Shown here one piece after another: positions 13,401 through 25,995 of a stretch of DNA of 60,422 nucleotides. The first letter of the stretch is position 1. Each line of letters opens with the position of its first letter. This stretch comes from Phoronis australis. Lineage: Eukaryota; Animalia; Phoronida. Location: contig NMRA01000027.1 of the NCBI GenBank assembly GCA_002633005.1, positions 1,421,403-1,481,824 of the forward strand. Direction: 5' to 3'. Position numbers and translations under genes: made by a program. The notes below the pieces were generated by a model. The model did not search any database and was not told where the DNA came from. It saw nothing but the letters and a program-made list of their open reading frames with translations.

Positions 13401-15448
13401 CTTCTGTTTGTAAACCAAGAACCAACTCTTGAAAACTCAGGAGCAAATAAACAAATATCGCAAGGACACTCGGAGCCACTTGGATGGTATGAAAGATCGC
13501 CACAACATTCAACAGGACTCTGGTGTGGTCCTAATGTTCAGTTCCCCCGCGTGTTTCCTGTCCTCCCGGCCCTCAAGAGCCCTACTTGTGAATTAATTAA
13601 ATTCAGTAGACTCAGAACTAAGGAATAATATGCAATTATCACTTTTACAGATTGCCTCTGCCAGGTGGCCACAACGTATCATGATGAGTGGCCGCCGATG
13701 GGGTTCTGTGGCGTCGAGACGGGAAGAGAATCCCGTAGAAGAGGTATATGGAACCTGTCGCTCAACAGGCGACATTTTCACGGCAATTACTTTTCAAAAT
13801 GTCGCCATTTAATTCCAACAAATTCTGTCCAAAAATTTCCTGAGAATGGAAACGTGACAGAATCACTGCCGGGCTCTGCAAACTTGGGTAGTTCACTGAA
13901 GGTCTTCAAGTTCGGCTACTCCCTCACTAAATGGGTTGCTACCCTAATTTTACAGCTTATTGGGGGCCCCGCATCCTTGACTCAACTGACTTACCCGCAC
14001 AATAACGAAAATCATGGGCACAAACTTTTCGAGTCAGATACCTTCAGCAGTGAGTCCGGTGCTCGGGCCTCATAGAAACCGTTTATACAAAGATACGTTT
14101 TTGGTGCCTGGCCCAATGCGCGGGGCTCGCAGCACGTGGTTCTTCTGCTACGTCTGGCACTAAGCACTGTGATCGCCAGAACATGACAAAACTCAGTGAG
14201 CTTAAAAGGATACCAAACCCGATCGCCTATTTACAAAACGACTTTCTCATCCAGATCTCTGCAACAAAATAATGCTGTGTAATTACCACTCGACAACCCT
14301 AAAAGGCTTGGAGGAAATTTGAAAACTCCTTTCGTGTTTCCTGGCGTGTTAAAAATGGCCAGTCGCCGATATGAGCATCGTAACAGAATAGTAGATAGAT
14401 TATTATTGAAACGCCGTTCTCGCACATACGTGATGGTATGTCTTTTCTATCCGCTTGAAAACAAACAAAAAGTTCAATTTTTATTTTCTTAGTTCTACAG
14501 TAAACTGATGAAAGATATCATTAGAAATCAACAGCACCCCACAAACTGGCCCCTAGAGCACCTCAAAAATAACTAAAAATCAAATACATAAATTGGACAA
14601 AATTAACTGAATTTTGGCACTCCAGTGAAGATTAATGGAACCTCTTTTAAAATTCAAAGACTGTCTTCTGATAGAGAGTTTCAATGTCTACATAAACATG
14701 GAGATTTTTCTTTCCCGTTCTTTTAAGCCGTCTTAAAAGTAATTCACTAACTGAACCTTTTTGAACCAAAAATGGGATATTTTGTGCCAAACTATTCGTG
14801 GTGCTCTAACTTAAAATATAATGACCCAAAAATTAACAAAAAACATTTGGAATATATCCCGCCAGGATGTACATGTATGTACACACAGTGTTTTCAAGAT
14901 CTGAGTCAGTGACTCCACATGTAGGCTCGACCTTTTGGTGGTTTCGTGGAATGACAATTTATAAGCCAGTGAAGACTGACGGGAATATCTTGCATTAGCT
15001 TTTTAATTAAGGCGCTCATGTCGACAGCTTAACGCGACGATTCGGGCGCTCACGTGCAAACTCAGTAATACATGTTTGTTGAAGGCTATTCAAAATATCC
15101 CTGCAAGCTCACGCGCGCGCTGAAAAACTTCTTTGAACTAAGCAAGTGTGCCCCACCGTTGCTGCGCCAGTGCCGCTATACCACAATCCTATGTGTATAT
15201 AACGTTCCACGCCGTACCTGCACATGAAATGATCAATGTTGACGGATTGCCAGCTTTTCCAAAACTAGTGACTTCTTCGGAAAACCAATATTTTGGCGAG
15301 GTAAATTTTGACATTAATGGCAGACGTTAAATAAAACGGTACGTTTCTTGATTTTTGGGTTGGCCGTAAATACGGTGAAGAAACACCATTTTGTTGTAGT
15401 AACGGATTAAGGTAAACAAAACAAGACAATATTCCAGTGTAGGACTTC

Positions 15449-16708
15449 TTAGAAGAATCCCTTTATCGTCATTTGAGTCATTTCCTCATTTATATCCTGA
15501 TAAAGTTGGTTACAATTCTTCCTGTGATAGTTAGAAATCGGCTCCATTGCATAGTCCATATGAACTCTGTACCTGGTCGACCTGGTACTACTCTGGTCTG
15601 GGAAGGACCTCCTGAAGTTTGGCGGATGACTAGTTTTGCAACAAAATGACTTAAGCAGGCGCACCATTTGTGACCTGAACTTTTGGCCTGGTGCGCAGTA
15701 TAAGAAGAAGTTCATGGAATGATTGAGATACATGATTAAATCACATATCGCACGCCCCAGAAAGTATTCTATTTTCTGCGCCAAGTCGTCCTTGGCGTTC
15801 CATTGGGGTGTACAGATTAGCACAATGTTCATCGGAAGAGTTGTAAGCAAGAATGTAAAAGATACTGTGAGCAGCATGATCGTCAACTTGCGCCTGGATG
15901 ATGTACCGCGCGGGAAGCTGCGACTGTCGCTGTTGTAACTTGAACTGACGCTAGCAGATAGGTGCTCTCTGTTGCGCTGTGCGCGAACCAGCTGGTGAAC
16001 GATCATACTATTCAGTATCATAATGATGACAAACGGTAGGAACGGGTAGATGGAAGTTTCGATCCACGGCCAAACAGACGTAATGAATTTATGGTGCTCC
16101 ATGGCGTAGTTGCAGTAATAGATTGGCGAACCGTCTGCGTCGACAGTTTCCATGCGGTCAACAGTCCAAAACAGGTGGCAATTGAAGAAGAGAAATCCCA
16201 TGAACAAAGTTAAAATAGCTATGCGTGCCTTCTTCTGATTGCAAATGTCTGGTGCCTTTAAAGGCTTGCAGACGGCAACGTATCTATCCACAGTGACCGC
16301 AACGATCAGCCAGGCAGAATAGTTTTCGCATGTGTAAAAAACTACAGACACCGTCTTGCAAACCCACTTGTGGCTCCCAAGAATATCATAAATTTCAAGA
16401 GTTACCGTGAGCCACTTAGGCAATAGTCCGAAGTACAGCAATGTTGTGTCTGCAATTGCTAGAGCAGACAAATAAATGTACGTGGATTGATTTTTCATGG
16501 AGCGACTTCTTAAAACGATAAATGTGAATATGTTTCCAAACGTTCCGACGGAAATCAATATCAGAGGAACAAAGAGATAGAGCGCTTTTATTACTTCATA
16601 TTCAAGAAAACGTTCCTCTGGACAGAAGAGGTTGTAGTCTCTCTGCAGTAGCAGTGTAACATTTGCCGTTAAGTTAGCACAAAATTTCTCGAACTCATCA
16701 AGTGTCAT
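15449..16708 (-). CDS. Rhodopsin-family 7TM GPCR, FMRFamide/peptide-receptor-like (419 aa from first ATG; N-terminus may come from an upstream exon spliced at 16782)
   Basis: Seven hydrophobic segments, TM1 GN, TM2 LAIAD, DRY after TM3, TM5 PF..I..LN, TM6 FLLTTLP and TM7 NHSMNFFLY. The ORF-track start at 16810 is TTG; the first ATG is at 16708. Confidence 0.93.
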   Translation of the reverse strand: MTLDEFEKFCANLTANVTLLLQRDYNLFCPEERFLEYEVIKALYLFVPLILISVGTFGNIFTFIVLRSRSMKNQSTYIYLSALAIADTTLLYFGLLPKWLTVTLEIYDILGSHKWVCKTVSVVFYTCENYSAWLIVAVTVDRYVAVCKPLKAPDICNQKKARIAILTLFMGFLFFNCHLFWTVDRMETVDADGSPIYYCNYAMEHHKFITSVWPWIETSIYPFLPFVIIMILNSMIVHQLVRAQRNREHLSASVSSSYNSDSRSFPRGTSSRRKLTIMLLTVSFTFLLTTLPMNIVLICTPQWNAKDDLAQKIEYFLGRAICDLIMYLNHSMNFFLYCAPGQKFRSQMVRLLKSFCCKTSHPPNFRRSFPDQSSTRSTRYRVHMDYAMEPISNYHRKNCNQLYQDINEEMTQMTIKGFF

Positions 16709-16888
16709 ATTTCTTACTTTGTCGTAGAGAACAGAGTCTTGCAATTGCGGGGACGCGTTGCCCTGGTACGTCCAGTAGAAGGCTGAAAATTTGAACACAT
16801 TATTCCGCAAGACAGGTTAAATGGCAAGTTATTATCAATCACAATAGAGACTTTAAATTCACTAGGTATTGATTGTGAAGAAAGGCTC

Positions 16889-17040
16889 GCCTCCCGTTCA
16901 GTAACACTGGAATCTCGCTAAAAAGCAAGACGCTGCGAGATTACGTGAGATATTGCCGTGTATGTTAAATGAGAACACGTGACTTTGGCTAGATTTTAGC
17001 TAGGTTCTAGGGTAGGTCCTAGCGTTACTGAACGCACGCC
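16889..17040. mobile_element. ~150-bp MITE, copy 1
   Basis: Terminal inverted repeat CGTTCAGTAAC / GTTACTGAACG; the whole unit is the reverse complement of 38845-38996. Confidence 0.75.
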
Positions 17041-18367
17041 CGGCTTTCTTCCACTATCTGAACAGCTTGAGGACTTTGGCTAAATGAGGACACCGCGTGA
17101 CTACCTGAATTTCTGCTTTTTCAAAGAGCTTTTCCATGGGTTTCGCAGCACTGAAAAGAGTGGGGAGCTATAGCCCCCCACCTCCCCCCCCAGCCCCCTA
17201 CCCGGTGTGCCGCCCATGTTTTCTTTCAGCACCACCAATTAGAAAATTTCAAGTTACAAATTCTTGTAGATTAATTCAAATACTATCTCTATCCCCTGTG
17301 TTGCTGAGACAAATGCCTTCTTCGACATCAGTCCTAGTACACAAATCACTTGAGGAGATGCCACTCTCCTAAATTACCAAATATTATGACGGGAAATTCT
17401 CGCATCTATTTTACTGTCCAGTACAACGAAAAAATAACGCTGTTCAAAAGTCTTCCAATAATAGAGCTGTTTTATAGTGAGCACTTAAGGCACCCGACCA
17501 CACAACAGCCGACCATAATCAGCACAACGTACATGTACTTGCCGGAAGTAAAACGTGCTAATTTTGCCAAGTGTCGCTAGTGAAAAATGACGTCAGGTCA
17601 CAGATTTCGTCCATTGAAAATATACGGGGTTGGCGGTCCATGTACTATAGTCTATGATGCTATCCAAATACTGTACACGTCAATGTCCAGTAGTACAAAA
17701 TGTAATGTGGATGCCAGGCAAGTAGTTTGAGGTCACGACTGCAGATCATAGAATAGTAATTTTATTGTTTCTGGAGACAAATACTTTAATTAAATCTCTT
17801 AGTGTATACAAATTACTTTTTTGGAATGAATGTCTGAATTTCTTCTCAAAATTTGTTCAAAATAAAAGCTCTTTACGAATTAGGGTGTTGTATCATCAGT
17901 TTTGTGTCACAACAACAAAACTGAAGTTTATTATGAACATTGTGACGTCAGAAATGTTTATTGTATAAATGGTTTAATGCATCCTCAGGAAAACTTCCTG
18001 ATCCTTTAAAATAATTGAATAATTCAAGAATAAAATATGGGACAAAGTCCCAATATTTTAGAATACGAATTTCTGTGCTTGGAGCATTTATAGGACTCTG
18101 ATCAGGCATTCTTCCCCAAATACCTCCATTACTTAGGCGAGTGATTCCGTTTGGTGGAAGTGGTTTTTGCAATAATAGTAATTCTGGTTGCTTGCCGGGA
18201 TATTTATAATATTATGTGTTAAAATAATAAATTCTCCAAAAGCTCAAGGGAAATTAACTAAAGCTTTCAGATAAAAACAAATTGAAAAATGTAAATGAGT
18301 TTCGTGCCACTCAAGAATTTTCAGATGAACTTTGCGAAGGGTTGTTGGGCATTGCCCTTAACACTCA

Positions 18368-19388
18368 CACTGTAACGATGGAAGGAAAGGAAACGCTGTT
18401 TGCAGTCCGAATTTGACACGATGGCCCGAATTGACACAAGTGCGTTGAATTGGATCAATTTGGGTCAGTACTGGCGGATCAAATTGACGCAACAGTGCCA
18501 GCAGTGCTGATTCAAATTTAAATTATTGAAAAGCTTTGTCAATTTGACCCTGAACAGGGGTTATCAAAGCATGATTTTGCTTCGGTATCTAGACTATGCG
18601 AGCATTGATTAGAAAGTAACAAAATTATTCAGAAATGTTTGCGTTTCACGCTCATTAAATATTTTTGAAAGTGGTTTCTGAAAATGACTGTGTGAAATGG
18701 ACGATCAATACGAAGCTAAACCTTTTGCTCATACGGCTCTGTGTGTATATTACGCCTAACTGCCCTGAATAAATTTTGGACATAATATAAAAAATGACCA
18801 AACATGATCTCACTTCTTGATATTTCAGATAATATTAAGAAGTGGTGGATTCGTTCCTCGTCAACTCTCTGTTTTACAACAAGCGACGAAAATAGTTTTC
18901 GGCAGGTCGCCGCAAAATTCAGAATTTCTGTATGATGGTACAACTGACCTCAGAAGATTATCAAAAACCACTAAAATTACTATAACAATAACAACAACCA
19001 CATGATAGTTGCTTCTACTGCTGCTAGTTGGAGAACATCTGTTGTATCAACTTCTAACACATTAAATTTGCCAGTGTAAAATGTCATAAATTAGCGAGAG
19101 TAATCTCTAAGTACTGCCCATCACCTCTTGTCCCAACGATGTGTGGTGAAACATGCCATAACTGTAGCTAGAATGTTTCGTTGATGAAACTCTCGCTATT
19201 GTGTCAGGTTGGATCGTTGTGTACTATTGAGTACAGATCTAATGCCAGTTTGGGAAAATTGTTTTAATTTGGGCCGGCAAAGCCTACCCAAATCGACACA
19301 ATTCAGAAGTTGACGTTTCAATTTGGGCCGTCGTGTCAATTTGAGCTTGCACAAAACGTTACATAACAAATGACTTAACAACACAGTG
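18368..19388. mobile_element. Non-autonomous CACTA/EnSpm-like (CACTG-ended) element
   Basis: Ends CACTGT...ACAGTG with CA/TA flanks. Inverted subterminal blocks TTGACACGATGGCCCGAATTGA vs TCAATTTGGGCCGTCGTGTCAA. Confidence 0.6.
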
Positions 19389-20459
19389 TACCAGTGCAAT
19401 AGCAAAAACAAAATTAAATCAACTTTTGATGTTTGAAATGAAAGGAACACAATTTCTGAAAGGACTTGAATTTTTATTGTCTTTGCATTACCCTGTACTT
19501 TTGCGCATGTGAACTGAATTGAAGCATCCACTGTATTAAGCAAACAAATGGGTGATATTTTGACATGTAGTAACTTTTCATTTCCAGTTTGGTAGAAGGA
19601 ACAATATTTACGAATAAATTTCAGAGTTGATATTTAGAAACTGTATTCATCGATGTACGTGTAGATTCTCATGTTGGTTACGACTGTCAGCAACGCATTG
19701 CTCTCTCGAGACTCACGCTCAAACTTACCGCAAGAGGATCTGTAACGCAACTGGCAAGCAGTTCAAGTATAAATCCTGCGCATGAGCTTTCAAATTTAAA
19801 GTTGTGAATGCTAGGAACTTTTTGAGTCGTGCCTTTCACAACTAATTCAGAATATGCCAAGTGGCTAAATTTTGAGTCTTTTACCTGATCGGTTACTTGT
19901 AGCCATTGTGTCATTACAGCTCTCAATCTGCGTTCCAGTCTGTCTTCGCCTTCAACCTGTCATTGGTGCAAAACGTAAAAGCAGAACGTATTCATTTGAC
20001 TGACACGTGACTATAGTTCAGTGTTATCCCATAAATATTAAACTTGTCTTTCAATGACATTTCTGTTATCAAGCGCTGAAGCTACTTTAAGCCAATAAAC
20101 CACGCCTTCTGTAAAAGACAGTAACTACCGATCCGCACCATCGTGTTCAATTAACAAATTGATTTCTATTTTTGAGAAGCACTGACAGGTCGCTATTACT
20201 TCAGCTCATGCGCACAAAATTTGATTGTCATGTCAGCACAGTCAGAGCCGACGGAGAGCAATATAGGTGCCAGAGAAATTCCAATTAAGTGTTTCATTAC
20301 AACCAATTTTAATTCAAGCAAGAATAAGCCAGAGCTCGATGAGCATGTTATGGAAAGAGCACTGTATGTGCCGTCTCGTAAAAATTTCACATCTAAACGT
20401 GGCGATACTGAAATTGATCAGGATGTAAATTTGCTAATGTAGGATGTTTGACCTACGAG

Positions 20460-20605
20460 TAGTCCGCCGAAAGAAGTTGGCGGCGTTCTGTCGTTCAGCA
20501 ACTTTTCCAGACATGAGGGGTTCTGAACGTGCGACAACATCTAGCCCTTTTGTTAACTGCCCAGCACAGTCTTTTGTCCCGTATGATAACAAGCAAGCCA
20601 ATTAT
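20460..20605. repeat. Dispersed ~140-bp repeat of unknown type (second copy 25848-25985)
   Basis: Both copies share AACATCTAGC..TTTGTTAACTGCC.AGCACAGTCTTTTGTC..GTATGA.AACA.GCA.GCCAAT. Confidence 0.7.
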
Positions 20606-22445
20606 CTCCCAAGCTTCGAAGGGTTACTGAAACCTGGCAGAATGGATTGTCTCAACTTCTGTTGTAGTTGGGCGATTTTAGTGATTCAAAAACTAAACAT
20701 GATCAGCATTTGACAAGGAATTCGAAACTGCTATTGGTTCATGTTCAAATATGTTATAACTTAGCCCAGTCAGGCTAGATACGATCTGATCGGAGGTTAG
20801 AGCAATTATCGAACAAAAGAGAGCCGGCCCTACAACCATAAATGCCAGAATGAAGTTAATCAGTCGTATAAGATATTGGCAACAGGGGTGATCTTCCCAA
20901 TTTGTTGGGCTATAGAATCGAACAAGTTGGGCGCAACGGGAAAACGTCGTAATGCCATCAATGAGAGAAACGACCCTAGGAAGTCTCATCACAGGCAGCA
21001 ATAGTGAGCGACATCGCGGCTCAGGATAACATAACTTAGACTTATACCATAGCAGAGACTAGACGGATCCGCTCTCACCGGCTAATGATTGGTCATAAAA
21101 ATGACGTCAAGTAACTTAGAAACGAAAGTTGACCCTCTCAACATGGACACAAATTAATCCCCTCACCAAAATAATTATCTTTTACTTCTAGTTCCATGTT
21201 GATCGATGTCTGCAGGGAAGCAGTAGAACATTTCAAAGATCACTGCCCGCTTACACGGCGGTGGTGTAAATCCGTAACATGGAACTATAGACTCGGAACC
21301 CCAACTTAGATCTCGCGCGGCTGTGGTTGTGCGTCGCGTGTGTGTGGCTTGTTTGCATTTGTTTGCTCCGGTATTGTCTCTAAGGGTGTACAATTTGTTT
21401 AATACAAACGAAGTATGTTTATAACAGTTATAGTATCAACAAGAACTTCTTCCGAACAATTTCTACCATGTCAAACGGATGATCATGTTGTAGCGATTTC
21501 GTGATTTGGGAAGCCGGGTGTGAGTATACCGCTTTCCAGCTGGTAGGCATATCGTAAAGCCATCTAGACGTATAATGCGCGTAACGAGCCCCGCCCCCAT
21601 TTGTCGAAGTGAGCAAAAAGGTCCGAAAAAAGTAGAAAACGAGACTAAAGTCCACCAAAATGGCAGGAACTACCAAAGTTCGGTACAATTCATAGATCTG
21701 TACGTAGACTATGTATCTCAGTAAAGGGTCCTTCCAGTTTAGCCTGGTTGCGCGCCTTTGCGTATTACAATAACTTCTATCTAAAGTTTAGAACTTCCTT
21801 AAGATGTATCTTCGACCACCCACCGAGCAGCTCCAATACGATATCAAAATCAAGTACTTAGAACAAATAACAGCATTACGAATACTGTACATTTATGGAA
21901 ATGTGCCACTTTTTTTTGGCCACTAAACGTTTTGCAATTCTGCCGTTTTTCAACCGAATAATGCAACCCTTCATGTGCTAATTGGTTGATCAATTAACTA
22001 ATTATTCAAATGATTAAATGTACAGTCAATTAATTAGGGTGAAATAGTAAAATAAAAAGGAAAAGACTAATTAAATCAGCAGGAAAATAATTTCAATGAT
22101 TCAAAAGATTGCTACTGGATAATGACGAAGGTTTTAGAGTATTGGTCCCTCACAGATGAAGATTTTTTCACGGTACAAGAAAGTACTACTGATAACATTG
22201 ATGCTCAGAAATCGAACTAACAAAAAAATTATTAGGGCAGCAATAGTGTGGTAGGGTGTAGACGTACGTAGACGCGATACATCACCTTTTTCATTTTCAA
22301 TGCAACGTCTGCGTACCGGAAGTTAAGATGTAACGAGGAGGGGTGGGGGGNNNNNNGGGTAGACACGTGGGCCCTGTACAGCACAATTTGCGTTACGTGT
22401 TCTCTGTTAATATTGACATAAATGTTAGCAAAGTCTGACAGTAGC

Positions 22446-22693
22446 CATGCGCGCACCCAGCCTCCAATATGGGGGGCTCGAATTCCTGACGTTGTGGACC
22501 TTTTGATAACAATAAAGCGGGCGGACTAAAATAAAAAAATGGGCGCACCACTGTGAAGTGCGCGTTTGTGCTTGTTTAGTGGACTTTTGTCTCAATCTCT
22601 CGGACTTTTTGTTTCTCGGAAGCGAACCTTCTTGCCCAGTTCGCCAAATGGGGCGCTCATTCGAGCTCGCCGAGCCCCCCCTGGATGCGCGTG
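22446..22693. mobile_element. CATGCGCGCACCCAG-ended hAT-type MITE; relatives at 21580-21690, 28755-28841, 28924-29172, 38590-38650 and 58440-58590
   Basis: TIR CATGCGCGCACCCAG / CTGG(A/G)TGCGCG, internal AAAAGTCC/GGACTTTT repeats, imperfect 5-bp flanks GTAGC/CTAGC. Confidence 0.65.
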
Positions 22694-22746
22694 CTAGCGA
22701 TGAATTCTTATCGTAAAAGGCAGGCCCTGTCGCCGAACATCGGGCT

Positions 22747-22906
22747 AATAGGCGGGTTCGGGGAGGAGGTTAATGGGGTCCGGACCCCCTTTTTCGCTTG
22801 ATTTTAGTGATATCAAATCTAGAATTCTCAAATTGTTGACATGGACCTCCCTGTTTAAAAATCCTTGATCCGACCCCCCTTTTTAAAACTCCTGGATCCG
22901 CCCCTG
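22747..22906. mobile_element. hAT-type MITE
   Basis: Ends in CCTGGATCCGCCCCTG; body matches 4144-4290. Confidence 0.65.
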
Positions 22907-23123
22907 GGCTGGGTTCGGTGCGCTAGGTAGGAGCTCAGACGAAATCTTTAGCACATGAAGCCCACTCAGAGGCTGCCCACTCAGCAATGGATTCGTTCAA
23001 TTGAGACTTTGAATCCATTTTAATGGTGCTGATCAGGAAGGACTCGACAGGACCTGCTTTTCGTATAAGAGTTGTATGTGTTGCAATGAAACCGCAGTCA
23101 ACGGGTCTCTGATATTTATTTCC

Positions 23124-24001
23124 CAGTGCCGTAGGAAGCGGGGGGGGGGGGTGCCCCCCAAAAAATTGCAGGCTTCAGGGTTAAACCATGACAACCGACA
23201 TAGGTTTGGGGCCGGGGTCAGTCGAGAAAGAAAGACTACGAATACGAATACGAATAAGAGAGAAAATTCAACAGAACATTTGACAACTCAGTATCAGTGC
23301 ATAGTTTACCCTTTGAGGGCCCTGGCCAGGACATTGCTGTTAGGGTCTCCATTTTTATGGCATACATATTGGTCATTTAAACGTAATTGAAAACATGCAC
23401 TTTATCATTCATACACGTATGTCGAAAAATCGAGAAAATTCGTAAAGCGAAGCTTTTGCTGAGCATATTTATTCACTGGATTTTTTAATTCAGTAAGACG
23501 GTTTCGTAAATACAGAAATGAAAAAATATATTTTCCAGAGGCCCTGTTCTAGCAAAATATAACAAAGACAATTGTCGCTCTCTTTTTTGTGTTTTTCTTT
23601 CTCTAAATTGTGTAATCACTTGAAAAAATAATGACCTGGCACATAACGCCAATTGCTACGCATTTCCTGACTTGAAAATATAGATCTTTTCCTATTTAGG
23701 GGCCCAGTTCTTGAAGAGGACCATTGATGACATTCAAGTGGCCATCCTTTTCATGTTTGAATTGGCAAATTTTTGAGGGGCCCAATATTGGTTTCGACTA
23801 TCTCTATTTTCCTATTTTTTGTGAAATCGCACAACCGGCTTTAATGCCGAGGAAAGTCATTTCATGCATGAAATGCCACTCTTTTCCAAGCTTAAAGATG
23901 TGTAGCCTTTTGCCTTAAGTATCCGATTTCAGATGGGACCCCCTCTCCGTGGGGCGGTTCGGGTGTCCCTCGATACATGTAAATCCGACACTGCCAAGTA
24001 T
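23124..24001. mobile_element. ~880-bp hAT-like dispersed repeat, copy 1
   Basis: Colinear with 48028-48926 from CAG..CCGTAGGAAGCGGG through AAATCCGACACTGCCAAGTAT. Confidence 0.75.
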
Positions 24002-25995
24002 TTGCGAGGTCAGTAGCGTGTAATAATGGTCAGTATGCACGTCTGGCACACAGGAATCAAACGTTGAATTGTATTTTGCTGTAGTTGGAGGCTTTGGTTT
24101 GATGACAAAAGTGGCACATCAATATAGTTAGGGTGGTCTCAATTTCTAATAGAGGCAGCTAGAATTTCTTATGTCGCTTAGAAATATAAGAAATCGTCAG
24201 GTAAAATCAAAAGCCAGCGACTTCACCCTGGATATTGGAAAAAAAAAACGAAGCCCAAAAGCCAGTTTAAAAGACACTGGTCAGTCGCCTCTCGTGTGTA
24301 GACTACAACGGACCACCTCATTAACCTTCAATTCTCTGTGGAGAAGTCTACATTAATCAGCTATCAAGTTTTGAGCATGTTTAATAACTTGAATAATAAA
24401 TGTATTGATTAAACCAATTTACAGTGTTTTATAACCTTTGACAAAATGCGTATCGTGTGATCTGTTTCAAAGGAACAAAACTGAGCATACATTTTTTATG
24501 ACTAGCACGTGAACCTACATCTGCATTTTATAATTAATTCAAATATATGTTTCTCAAAGTATTCATGCGCTAGGTCAAGCATTGCTATTATACAATTGGA
24601 AGTAGACTCGCGCATGTTTGGTAAATAGATTTACTAAATTTTTTAGTCTTTTTGAGATCAATATGAAAACCACGATATGGAATAATTATTGTAATTGTAT
24701 TGGTCAACCTTTGCACACTGTGTGATATGGAGGCAGTTCGTATTTATTAAAGACTCTAATTAAAAATAGAGATGGCGAAACGAAATACAAAAGACATACT
24801 CCGGAGACGTACACACAACCCCCATGTACAGAATACTGTACAAACGAAACATACCGGTTGTAATAAAGAAACGTGGGGGTGAGCCGATGCAGAAAAAATG
24901 TTGAGATAATGAAAAGAAAACACAGGCAACCAATAATAGAAAAAGGTGTGTGGATGGGGAACAGTGAAGCGCGGAGGATTTATGCATAGGAAAACGGGGC
25001 AATGTACAAGTAAAATACAAATAGGCGTGCTGGTGTCTCAAAATAATAGATGCGAGTCCCACAATGTGCAGATCCAATTTTATACGTGTTAAAATTCTTT
25101 GCTAAAGACGATGCGCTGAGGATGCGGCGTAGACACACCTCTCAGAACTAGGCAATAGGTAAACTTTGCAAAAGTGAATTATTGTAAAAATAATTGGAAA
25201 CAATAATAATGGCAGAATGAATGTTCATAGCTGGCATCGATACATAGTACAGATAATGGAGTAGTTTCGAGCCAGTCCTGAGCCCTTCGTCGGGGTATTG
25301 GCGGGAATCTTCGTGTCACATGATCAACAGTGGGTGGTCATTGGCATATGGTTGCCCAACGCCACCTCATGGCTACCTGCAAGAAGGCGCTGGTCAAACA
25401 GCCGGTAATTCATATCCACTGAACCTGTTCACTTTTGTTTTATTTCTCATGATTTCGACCGCTTCTCTGATTTTAGGATTCCAATTTTTATTTTCTCTAG
25501 ATAGCATTTCGACTGTCGGTTTGCAAATGATGTAGAATGTTCTCCTACGGCTGTAGGGTTGCTAGACGAAAGAGACGCAAAACTTTGCAATTTACAGGGT
25601 AAAATGGCTATAAAATCAGAAAACCAATCGCAATATATTAAAGTCGTTTTACCCACTAAATTCCGTTCTTCTCAAACAATTTTTGTTTGTGCCTTTAGTT
25701 TAATAAATTTTAGGTCAATTGCACAACTAGTGTGAAATCCAGCCTAATCGATTAACAAATTAATGCGCGTAGTGTAGCAGCCATGCTGAAGAATACCTAG
25801 TCGCTAAATCATTCTCTTGTTATGCGTCATTTTTTACTGTTTTCAAAGACGCCGAGCCATGACGGCGTTTTCCCCTTCAGTGACTTTACCCGACGGTTGT
25901 GAGCGTGTGATAACATCTAGCTTCTTCAATTTGTTAACTGCCAAGCACAGTCTTTTGTCTGGTATGACAACAGGCAGGCCAATAAGGGTACATAA

